64,000 nt of DNA from Bryobacterales bacterium (lineage in GTDB: Bacteria > Acidobacteriota > Terriglobia > Bryobacterales > UBA6623): contig CBDDCH010000002.1 of the NCBI GenBank assembly GCA_965226215.1, forward strand, positions 1,495,180 to 1,559,179, in the 5' to 3' direction. Made by a program: the position numbers and the translations under genes. How positions within the stretch are numbered: position 1 is the first letter of the stretch; every line of letters starts with the position of its first letter. Positions 8,185 to 16,425 of this stretch are shown in pieces. The notes under the pieces were generated by a model. It did not search any database, was not told where the DNA came from, and saw nothing but the letters and a program-made list of their open reading frames with translations.

Positions 8185-10311
8185 TCATCGTGCGCGGTGC
8201 TTGACCCGCGGCAGGACGTACCTGACGACTCCCGCCGAGAGGAGGGCCACCAGGCAAAACCCGACCACGACCCACAGCTCCGTCGGGATAACTTGGCTGT
8301 ATCGCCGCTGCACGACAACAATGAACTCAGAGTCTTCCACCGGAGCGAAGCCGGCAATCCAGCGGCCGGTGTACTGCTCGTTCAACGGCGCAACAGGATC
8401 ATAGTAGTCGTCGGCGATACTCTTCCGAATCGTTTCTAGCTGCCCCCTTGGAACCCAGACGGGCGGTGTTCGACGCTCGTAGGCCGGATGAAGCAGGACC
8501 AGGTATTCCGACGCGTCGGCGGGGGCAGCGGGTTCTCCCGGCGCGAAAAACGGGTCTTTTCGGGCCACAAGAGCGGTTGTGAACTCGTCGCTCTCCGTCT
8601 CGGGCAGACCCATCTGCCGACTGGTGGTGACTGATGCCGTCAGAACGCCGACGATCTTTTCGCCGTCTCGCACCGCGGCGGCGATCCCAAATTTGTACAG
8701 GTCATCCGAGAAGGCCTTATACACCCGCGAGATGTAAACGGGTGCTCCGCCTTCCGTTTTCGCCAAACCGAGCGCACCCTGATAGTAGTCTCGGCGCCTC
8801 AGGTCTTTTCCTTCCGTCTCCGGCGACGGCGCCGGCCAGCGCGCCACGATTTCGCCGTCGAGGTTATTGCCAATGAACCAACTCTCAAAAGGGGATTCGC
8901 CGTTCAGATCGACACGGCTGTTCCCTGTTTCCTCGATGAACGTTTGCAAGCCCGTGAGGTCTCGTTGCGTCAGAAGTTCGCCGACCTTTGGGTCCCGAGC
9001 CGCGGCACCGACCGCCCGGCTCAATTGTGTCAATCGAAGGTGCATAGTCTTCGCTCGCTGTTGAGCAAGAGCTATTTGGGCGCGGTAGGGTCTCTCTATG
9101 AGGTCGGCGATCAATAGACCGACCAATGCCAGACTGGCCAAGACCATGACGGCAAGACCCGCTCCGAGCGGGGTGCGCCGGCCCCAGAGCCACGAGCGCT
9201 CCCAGAACCACAGCGGCCTTGCTTCGGTGGGCCGGTAGGTCAACCATCGCTCGAGGTCCTTGGCGAGACCCTCGGCCGAACGGTAACGCTCTTGGGGATC
9301 CTTCCGCAGACACCTGAGCGAGATCGCTTCCAGCGTGCGGTCAACGTGCGGGTTAATCTCGCGTGGCGGCTTCGGTTTCTCCTTCGGATTCTTGACGCGC
9401 TTAAGCGTCGCTTCGACTGTGGGGCCTCGAAACGGAGGTTCGCCCGTCTGCAGCGTATACAAAATCGCTCCGACCCCGTACACGTCGCTCAACGTCGTTA
9501 CATCTTTTCCTTCGGCCTGTTCAGGCGACATGTAGCTGGCTGTGCCGGCGATAGTCCGGTACACCTGGCTCGTTGCGCTAACTGTCGCGCCTACTTCCGC
9601 CGGCAATCCGTCCGCGCCGATCGTCTTGGCCAGACAAAAATCGGTTACATAGGGCCTGTCCTGTTCGCTTTCGTCTTTGTCCAACAGGATGTTGGCCGGT
9701 TTCAAGTCGCGGTGCAGAATGCGGCGCTGGTGCGCGTGATGCACGGCGCGAGCCACGTTCACCATAAGCTTGGCGGCGGATCTCTGATCATGGATAAAGC
9801 GATCCCGATGCTCGTCCAGGCTACGGGCCTCGACCAATTCCATGCTCAAGAAGGGACGGCCTTCGTGCTCCCCCACGTCGTGAACTCGGACGATATTGGG
9901 ATGTTTCAACTTTGCCATGCTTTGCGCTTCGAGGCTGAAACGCCTCATCTCCTCAGCCGTAATCAGATTGCCGGGCAGGCTCATCTTTAGGGCTAGCGAA
10001 ATATCTAGCTCCTGATCGAAGGCCTTGTAGACGACACCCATCCCCCCGTGGCCAAGGTATTTGATATCCGTATACCGGCCGAAGTCGGGCAGACGACAAG
10101 GGATGCTCCCGAGATCGGATAAGACAATGCTTTCGTTCTCGAAGTGACTGAGGAGCTGCTGTGCGAGGTCGGGATGATCCTCAACGTACTTCTCCTGAAG
10201 AGCGCACAACTCGGAGAGATTGTCTTTGAAGGCCTCGGCCTCCTCGTAGTATTTGGCGAGGATGTGGTCCAGCGGCTCTGCGTCAGGCTCGGAGTCTTGG
10301 CGCTTGTTCAT
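8185..10311 (-). CDS. Hanks-type Ser/Thr protein kinase with TM, extracytoplasmic Cache-like domain and C-terminal TM
   Basis: Motifs LGHGGMGVVYKA, ALK, HRDLKPANILL, DFC (DFG variant), GTASYMSPEQ, SDVYGVG and PPF. The sensor region has RDYYQGAL..VYISRVY..IAAAVRDGEKIVGVL (Cache-like). The N-terminal extension LDHILAKY..HPDLAQQL is typical of ECF-linked kinases. Confidence 0.92.
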   Translation of the reverse strand: MNKRQDSEPDAEPLDHILAKYYEEAEAFKDNLSELCALQEKYVEDHPDLAQQLLSHFENESIVLSDLGSIPCRLPDFGRYTDIKYLGHGGMGVVYKAFDQELDISLALKMSLPGNLITAEEMRRFSLEAQSMAKLKHPNIVRVHDVGEHEGRPFLSMELVEARSLDEHRDRFIHDQRSAAKLMVNVARAVHHAHQRRILHRDLKPANILLDKDESEQDRPYVTDFCLAKTIGADGLPAEVGATVSATSQVYRTIAGTASYMSPEQAEGKDVTTLSDVYGVGAILYTLQTGEPPFRGPTVEATLKRVKNPKEKPKPPREINPHVDRTLEAISLRCLRKDPQERYRSAEGLAKDLERWLTYRPTEARPLWFWERSWLWGRRTPLGAGLAVMVLASLALVGLLIADLIERPYRAQIALAQQRAKTMHLRLTQLSRAVGAAARDPKVGELLTQRDLTGLQTFIEETGNSRVDLNGESPFESWFIGNNLDGEIVARWPAPSPETEGKDLRRRDYYQGALGLAKTEGGAPVYISRVYKAFSDDLYKFGIAAAVRDGEKIVGVLTASVTTSRQMGLPETESDEFTTALVARKDPFFAPGEPAAPADASEYLVLLHPAYERRTPPVWVPRGQLETIRKSIADDYYDPVAPLNEQYTGRWIAGFAPVEDSEFIVVVQRRYSQVIPTELWVVVGFCLVALLSAGVVRYVLPRVKHRAR

Positions 10312-10340
10312 CGCTTAGGCCCGCGGTAGAAGTGAAAGTC

Positions 10341-10438
10341 GCGAAAATCGGGTACAGCCAGCCAATTCGCTTCAGGCTACGTACTCTTTTTCTAGGGCCA
10401 TGGCGGGGGGCGAATTGGTGGCAGTCCCCATTTTTCGC
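10341..10438. repeat. Family E palindromic element in reverse orientation
   Basis: GGGTACAGCCAGCCAATTCGC (10350) and GCGAATTGGTGGCAGTCCCCA (10410) are reverse complements of the 7295 and 7236 units. Confidence 0.7.
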
Positions 10439-10632
10439 TCCCGAACGACTTTTGCCACGGGCTGTTAGGCCTTTCGGCCTGCTTTCGGCACTGTGGGAGT
10501 TCAACACGCGGTAGCGCGCCCGCAGCGCCCGCCAATTCATCTTGGCGCGCCCATATCCTCGACGCAGGCCGAGGACAGTATGCCCCGGAGCGGCCAGGAC
10601 CGATCGGGAGAAAGAGCAGGCCTTTGCAGGAG

Positions 10633-10661
10633 AAGACGACAACCGGGCCGAAGACGGACCG
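10633..10661 (-). promoter_or_regulatory. Putative ECF-dependent promoter facing the kinase gene
   Basis: The minus strand reads CGGTCCGT-cttcggcccgg-TTGTCGTCTT, the same two blocks as at 12281 and 13381 with a one-base longer spacer. Confidence 0.55.
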
Positions 10662-10837
10662 CAGTATTGACGATTTCTCGCTGTTGGTCCGGACCCGGGT
10701 GGCCGGGTTCTTTGGAGGCGGCCAGGCGCAAGGGTACCTAGTCCGCCCCAATCTGTTTCCCCTTTTCCCGTTTCCTTCCATTTCGCGCGGTCTGTTGTTC
10801 GCAGGGTGGCGTCCTGGTTAGTAGAGGACATTAACCG

Positions 10838-12268
10838 ATGAATTGGCTAACGGAACACTGGCTGCAGCTACTCTTCTTGGTCGGCTACTTAGGCATGCTG
10901 GCTCACCATTGCCGGGCAGGAAAGAAAAGCACTCACAACTTAGGAGACTATCTGATCGCCGGACGCGGCTTGGGCGGTTGGGTCATCGCCCTGTCGTTCT
11001 ACGCGACGTTTGTCAGCACGAATAGCTTCGTGGGGCACGCCGGCAAAAGCTGGGATGTGGGGTTGATCTGGTACATCAAGGGGGCGGTCATTGTCGCCTC
11101 GTGCTACTTGGCCTGGTATTTGGTTGCGCCGCGGTTTTTCACCAAAGCCCGCGAGTACAACTCATTGACCTTGGCTGATTTTCTGGGGCACCGGTATGAG
11201 TCTCCGGCGCTGCGCCGGGTTTCGGCGCTAGTGATCTTCGTAGCGGCGGGGCTTTACATGGTCGCCGTTTACAAGGGATCCGCGCTCGCCTTGCAGCAGT
11301 TTCTCGGGCTCGAGTACCACCTGGCGGCAGCCGCGGTGTTCGTGGTGGTCACCGCCTATACCCTGGCCGGCGGCTTCCGTTCCGTGGTGCTCACCGATGC
11401 CGTGCAAGGGCTGCTGATGGCTTTCGGCAGCGTCGTATTGTTCGTCGCTGTAATCATCAAGGGCGGTGGGCTGACGGCAATCGTGGACACTGTCCGCAAC
11501 CAAGATCCCAACCTAGTCTCGTGGGAAGGGAACATGCCCCTAGCCGCCATTCTCGGCCTATCGATCGCGGGCGGGATGAAGATGCTGGTCGATCCGAGGC
11601 AACTTTCACGGATTTATGGCCTCAAGGACGAAGGCGCCCTGCGGACGGCGCGGATCGTGTCGCCGTTACTCATACTGATTACGTACGTGTGTCTGTTACC
11701 TATCGGGACCTTTGCGCATGCTCTGATTCCCGCCAGTTCTATACCCGATTCCGATCACGTGATGCCCTACCTGTTGGGCACAGCCGAAGTGCTTGGCCCC
11801 GTACTCAGCTCCTTCTTCCTGTTGGTCTTGTTGTCAGCCGCGATGTCATCGCTGGACTCGATTCTGCTGGTGGCGGCGTCTTCGGTGAGTCGCGACGTGG
11901 TGATTACTGACGACCAGGATCAAAATGCAATCCGCCGGACCCGGCTGTGGGTCGTTGTGCTGTCGCTGGCAAGTATGCTGGTGGCGCTGAACCCGTTCGC
12001 TGATATTGTCCAGATCACGGCGTTTTCGGGGTCCCTCTACGCGGCCTGCTTCCTGCCGACGCTCGTGATGGGGCTTTACTGGAAGCGCGGCACGCGGGCC
12101 GGCGCTCTGGCCTGCGTCGTGGTTGGCTCTATCACCGTGATTGCTTGGTACCTCGCCAGATATGCCGGCTGGACAGGTTGGCATGAAGTATACGTGGGAA
12201 CTTTGGTGGCATTCGTGGTGTACGTTGGGGTGTCGCTGCTGACGTCGAACCGTACTTCTCGAAAATGA
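10838..12268 (+). CDS. Sodium:solute symporter (SSS/PutP-PanF family)
   Basis: YLIAGRGLG, ALSFYATFVSTNSFVGHAG, TLADFLGHRY, YTLAGGFRSVVLTDAVQG and SAAMSSLDS; about 13 TM segments. Confidence 0.92.
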   Translation: MNWLTEHWLQLLFLVGYLGMLAHHCRAGKKSTHNLGDYLIAGRGLGGWVIALSFYATFVSTNSFVGHAGKSWDVGLIWYIKGAVIVASCYLAWYLVAPRFFTKAREYNSLTLADFLGHRYESPALRRVSALVIFVAAGLYMVAVYKGSALALQQFLGLEYHLAAAAVFVVVTAYTLAGGFRSVVLTDAVQGLLMAFGSVVLFVAVIIKGGGLTAIVDTVRNQDPNLVSWEGNMPLAAILGLSIAGGMKMLVDPRQLSRIYGLKDEGALRTARIVSPLLILITYVCLLPIGTFAHALIPASSIPDSDHVMPYLLGTAEVLGPVLSSFFLLVLLSAAMSSLDSILLVAASSVSRDVVITDDQDQNAIRRTRLWVVVLSLASMLVALNPFADIVQITAFSGSLYAACFLPTLVMGLYWKRGTRAGALACVVVGSITVIAWYLARYAGWTGWHEVYVGTLVAFVVYVGVSLLTSNRTSRK

Positions 12269-12280
12269 GTGCCGGACCAC

Positions 12281-12319
12281 CGGTCCGTTTCTCCGCGTTT
12301 GTCGTCTTTGTCCATAGAG
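12281..12319 (+). promoter_or_regulatory. Direct repeat copy 1, putative ECF promoter upstream of the GIDE-like gene
   Basis: CGGTCCGTTTCTCCGCGTTTGTCGTCTTTGTCC (33 bp) is identical at 13381 and is followed by (A/T)TAGAG. Confidence 0.65.
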
Positions 12320-12398
12320 CAACAATGAGGTAAGACGCGTGAGGAGGTTGGAAAATGATTAGTCCAAATTGTAAATTGCTCAGAATAGGAGGAGGCAC

Positions 12399-13205
12399 AT
12401 GGGATTGGTCGGGATAGGTGCTGTTCTCGCGCTGCTACTGGCATTCCTTATGCTTCTGGCAAAGGCCCGACACGACAGGGTCGTCCGCCTGATTCATCAA
12501 ACCCCTGTTACTCCCATCGCCGACCTGGTCCGGTCCTTCATAGCCCACGCTGACTCTGCGAGCCCAACCCATGCCGCGGTGCAGGGGCGCGTCGTGGCAA
12601 GGGAGACGACACGTTTGACGGCTCCGATCACGGGTAGCTCCTGCGTTGCCTATAAGGTCAGCGTACTTTACCCGGGTGATGGCGACGAAATCTGCGACGA
12701 GAATTACATCGAGGACTCCAAGTGGGTGCCGTGGGCGGTCGACGATGGTACAGGGCTCGCCCTGGCCCCCTTCAATCCATTGGAACCGCCCCAAGAATGG
12801 TGGGATCGGTATCTGTTATCTTGGCCAGGAATAGAATCCTCCAGGGACACTTTCAAAAACACCCCGCGACAACTCGAGCGTGTAATCTCGCACTATGGTC
12901 GTTGGCGCTTGCCGTCACCAGAAGGATTGATGCCCGCGTCGTATCGTAGAGATGACTACAAGGACCTCTCGTGGAAGGCGAGCATTCTCAAGGAGTTCGG
13001 GAATGAGGTCTTCCTCCTGGGCCCGTGCACGGTCCAAGAAGGCCGTGCTCACTTCCAGCTCGGTTCAGACTCGATCCTCTGGTTTGGCAGCAGAGCGGAT
13101 GCTCTCTCGCATGTGCAACTGTCCGCGAAACGCAGCGCGCGCTGGGCCAAGATCTCGTTTACCGTATTTGTCACTCTCGCTCTCGTGTATCTCCAGTTCG
13201 GTTGA
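12399..13205 (+). CDS. Two-TM membrane protein with a GIDE-like (MUL1/SP1 luminal-type) domain
   Basis: N-terminal TM, then TPIADL..VQGRVV..LTAPITGSSCVAYKV..W.VDDGTG, then a C-terminal TM. Strong AGGAGGAGG RBS. The family call comes from motif memory. Confidence 0.6.
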   Translation: MGLVGIGAVLALLLAFLMLLAKARHDRVVRLIHQTPVTPIADLVRSFIAHADSASPTHAAVQGRVVARETTRLTAPITGSSCVAYKVSVLYPGDGDEICDENYIEDSKWVPWAVDDGTGLALAPFNPLEPPQEWWDRYLLSWPGIESSRDTFKNTPRQLERVISHYGRWRLPSPEGLMPASYRRDDYKDLSWKASILKEFGNEVFLLGPCTVQEGRAHFQLGSDSILWFGSRADALSHVQLSAKRSARWAKISFTVFVTLALVYLQFG

Positions 13206-13380
13206 ACCTTAAGGGTTACAGGCTGACCAACCGGGCAAACGCTTTCCCCGTTCAACGCCCATCGGCAGCTTTCGGGTCTCGGATACCAAGTATCTGCCGC
13301 CAATTGGGTGGCAGCGGGTGTTCCGAGGCGGTGTCTGGAGCCGGGAACTTCCAGCAGACGGCGAAAAGCCCCTCCCCGCG

Positions 13381-13419
13381 CGGTCCGTTTCTCCGCGTTT
13401 GTCGTCTTTGTCCTTAGAG
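13381..13419 (+). promoter_or_regulatory. Direct repeat copy 2, putative ECF promoter upstream of the SPFH gene
   Basis: Identical to 12281-12313; lies 33 bp before the ATG, with an AAGGAG RBS in between. Confidence 0.65.
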
Positions 13420-13451
13420 GCGGAAATTTCAAGTGAAAGGAGAAAATCATC

Positions 13452-14783
13452 ATGGGTATGTTTGACGAACCGGAAGCGAGAGGACCAGGTGGACTCGACC
13501 CCCAAAAGGCCGGCAAAGTCGGCTCGGAGGCAATCAAGCAGGTGGGTGTAGGGGCAAGAGCGCTTTTCAGTGCGCTTCCCCTCATACGAATAGTGTCCCT
13601 CGGGGCCATCCTAGTGGTGGCGGTGGTGCTTGGCAAAGGGCTCGTTGAGACCGTGGCCAACGGCACCTACCAAATAAGACAGATGGTGATTACGGGTACG
13701 ATGAAGGCCAAGATAGAGCCGGGCATGTGGCTGCGGCTGTTCAGCGACATCAAAACCTGGCCCAAAGCACAAACCTTTTTCTTCACCAAAGATAAAGAAG
13801 GAGGAGAGAGCGCCGACAACAGCATCGAGGTTCGCTTTAACGACGGTTCTTTGTGCGACGTGTCGGGAACCATGCGTATTATTCTGCCCAGCTCCGAACC
13901 CCAAGCGATTGAGTTGATCAGCAAGTACGGCTACATGGACTACAAGGATCTGGAACAGAAGCTCGTTCTCCCGGTCGTGCGTAATGCATTGCGTCTGACC
14001 TCCAATCTTATGTCGGCTCGAGAGTCCTATTCCGAGCAGCGCGCGGACTTCGTTTTCTGGACCTGGGATCAGGTCCAGAACGGGCTCTACGAAACGACGG
14101 AGGAAACCCGCAAGGTAGTTGATCCCGTTTCGGGGCAGGAGGTAACCAAGACCTTCAAGATCATCAGAAAGGACGATGGGGGCAACCCCGTCTATCAGCG
14201 CAATCCGCTAAAGGGCTTGGGTATCACTTTGGCGAACTTCGAGGTCAAGCTGTTCGATTACACCGATAAGGTGCGGGCTCAGATCAGCACCCAACAAACC
14301 GCCCTGATGGCGGTGGCCACGGCCAAAGCCAAGGCCCAACAGGCTGAACAAGAGGCCCTGATGGCCGAGGCCGAAGGCAAGGCGAACGTGGCGCGGGCCA
14401 AGTACGAAGAAGAGGAGAAAAAAATCAGAGCCGTCGTCGGCGCGCGGCAGCGCCTGGAAGTCGCCGATCTCGATCGCCAAGCGGCCGGCGAGAAGAAGCA
14501 AGAGCAAATTCTGCTGGGGCAAGGAGAAGCCGAGCGAAAGCGATTGGTCCTGAAGGCCGACGGAGCGTTGAAGCAAAAGTTAGAGGCGTACGTACAGGCT
14601 CAGCAGCTATGGGCGAATGCATTTGCTCAACGGCAAGTGCCCAGTTTGGTCATGGGAGGCGGCGGCGCCGGTGACACGGACAAGTCGACCACGAATTTCG
14701 CCCAGATGATGCAGCTCCTTGTCGCCAACCAAATGGGGCTGGACCTTTCAATGCCCAAGGGCGCGACAAGTAGGCAACGGTAA
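13452..14783 (+). CDS. SPFH/band-7 family membrane protein with a long coiled coil
   Basis: One N-terminal TM, an SPFH-like core (IEVRFNDGS..SGTMRIILP..VVRNAL..MSARESYSEQR) and an Ala/Glu-rich coiled coil (AKAKAQQAEQEALMAEAEGKA). Confidence 0.75.
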   Translation: MGMFDEPEARGPGGLDPQKAGKVGSEAIKQVGVGARALFSALPLIRIVSLGAILVVAVVLGKGLVETVANGTYQIRQMVITGTMKAKIEPGMWLRLFSDIKTWPKAQTFFFTKDKEGGESADNSIEVRFNDGSLCDVSGTMRIILPSSEPQAIELISKYGYMDYKDLEQKLVLPVVRNALRLTSNLMSARESYSEQRADFVFWTWDQVQNGLYETTEETRKVVDPVSGQEVTKTFKIIRKDDGGNPVYQRNPLKGLGITLANFEVKLFDYTDKVRAQISTQQTALMAVATAKAKAQQAEQEALMAEAEGKANVARAKYEEEEKKIRAVVGARQRLEVADLDRQAAGEKKQEQILLGQGEAERKRLVLKADGALKQKLEAYVQAQQLWANAFAQRQVPSLVMGGGGAGDTDKSTTNFAQMMQLLVANQMGLDLSMPKGATSRQR

Positions 14784-14912
14784 CGGCCCAGCGCGAGGGC
14801 GAGCTGCGGTGGTGGATGTGGAGGCCGGCCCGGAAGTCGGCCTCTTACGGCTCGCCAATCAACAGATAGGTGATTTCAAAAGAAGTGTCAGCGGATAACG
14901 AGAGCCGAGTGA

Positions 14913-15959
14913 TCACTGATCGGGGTGAATGGTAAACACCGGTCCCATGTCAAAGCGAGGCGGCTTGCGTTGTCGGAGGAGTTCGGTCTGTTCGGAAAGG
15001 GCGGTGACGAGCAGCGGCATGGCGATCGTGGAGTCGCAATGGCAGTTGACCATCTCGGCCCCTTTTGCGAGCTTTCCCCAGCTTTGCGATTCCTCGAACG
15101 TGCAACCGGAAAGTCCGCCCCAGTGGGGAGCGTCGGTGACCACCTGGACGCCGTAGCGATGGCCGGTCTTATCCTTGTTCATGAGGATGGCGATCACTTC
15201 GGTCTGCTGGACGTAGTTCTTGGGAGTGCCGCCGCCGAAGTAGATCACGCCGGTGGCGCGTGAGTCGGCCACGACGTTGGTGATTTCGAGAACGTCCCCC
15301 ATTATGTCGAACATGAGGCGGTTTTCTCCCCGATGCCGGCTCTCGGCGACACCAATGCCGATCGAGCTATCGCCGATCGCAGGACAAAACAGGGGAACCT
15401 TGGCCTTCGCCGCCGTAGCTACGATGCCCGGTTCCTTCGAATCCTTGAGAATTTCTTTCCCCAGCAGGTACAGAAACTCGCGTGTCGTGTAAGGGCGGGA
15501 TTGGTCGAGCCGCGAGGCGAAGCTGCCGATCCACAGATCGTGCTCGCGAAATCGAACTTCGTCCGCCAGCACGTCGTACATACGGTCCACCATGTGATCA
15601 CCCAGCTCTTCGTCATCCATATCCGCCGAGCCCTGGTAGTGGTAGAACCCCTTGGTTTCGTGGATGTCGTGAAAGAAGTTGGCTCCCGTCGAAGCCAGCA
15701 CGTCGATCAGCCGGTTCTCGATCATGTAGACCACCAAACGTCGCATGCCGGCCGGGACCATAGCCCCGGAGAGGCCCATCAAGATCGTACATTCGGGATC
15801 GGCCAACATCTGCTTCCAAACCTGGAATGCGCGGCCTAACTCTCGCCCTTGGAAGGCGGTGCCCGCCATTTTTTCGAGAATCACGGAAGCACTTTTTTGT
15901 TCATCTATAGGGAAAGGCAGAGTGGGGTGAGACAGGATCTCCTCTTTGGAACGCTTCAT
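14913..15959 (-). CDS. Deoxyhypusine synthase-like protein
   Basis: Motifs GLSGAMVPAG, STGAN..HD, DSSIG, GGGTPKN, TD.PHWGGLSG and ESQSWGK (catalytic Lys retained). Confidence 0.92.
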   Translation of the reverse strand: MKRSKEEILSHPTLPFPIDEQKSASVILEKMAGTAFQGRELGRAFQVWKQMLADPECTILMGLSGAMVPAGMRRLVVYMIENRLIDVLASTGANFFHDIHETKGFYHYQGSADMDDEELGDHMVDRMYDVLADEVRFREHDLWIGSFASRLDQSRPYTTREFLYLLGKEILKDSKEPGIVATAAKAKVPLFCPAIGDSSIGIGVAESRHRGENRLMFDIMGDVLEITNVVADSRATGVIYFGGGTPKNYVQQTEVIAILMNKDKTGHRYGVQVVTDAPHWGGLSGCTFEESQSWGKLAKGAEMVNCHCDSTIAMPLLVTALSEQTELLRQRKPPRFDMGPVFTIHPDQ

Positions 15960-16187
15960 TTCGCCATTACTCGGGTCGCAGAGCGGCAGGCTCGGACCAA
16001 TGCTGTTTTCAGGTCCTATCAGCCGCCTTATAGAGATCGGACGTCTCCGTTCGGGCGGCTTGACCGCCTAGCAGAACGTCCGAGTAGATCACAAGAAACT
16101 ACGCCGTCGTGTCGTTCGGCTGGTTTTTGAGGTTGCGCTACGACTCCGACAACCTCGCTTTGCAGACAATGGGCCATGGTATCAGAA

Positions 16188-16344
16188 TTAGCTGCTTATG
16201 CGCGTCGGAACGAGAATCTTGCTGGCGGCGTCGAGGTACACGCGGGTTCATCGGTGCTGAGCGGCGTCATCTCTGGACCGCTCGCTCACACTCTCGGCTC
16301 GGTGCTCGACGCTCTGGGATATCAAGGGCGGAGCCCTTGGTTAG
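16188..16344 (-). repeat. Repeat family D (about 160 bp), bounded by CTAA/TTAG at both ends
   Basis: 16267-16344 is the reverse complement of 43401-43478 at 75 of 78 positions, and the remainder also aligns. Terminal hairpin AAGGGC-TCC-GCCCTT. Confidence 0.8.
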
Positions 16345-16425
16345 CGTGGGCTTGCTAACGACTTTCTCCAGGCGGACAATAGAAATTAGCCAGCCATCCG
16401 CGAGTGGCGAAATCGCGCCGCGTCC

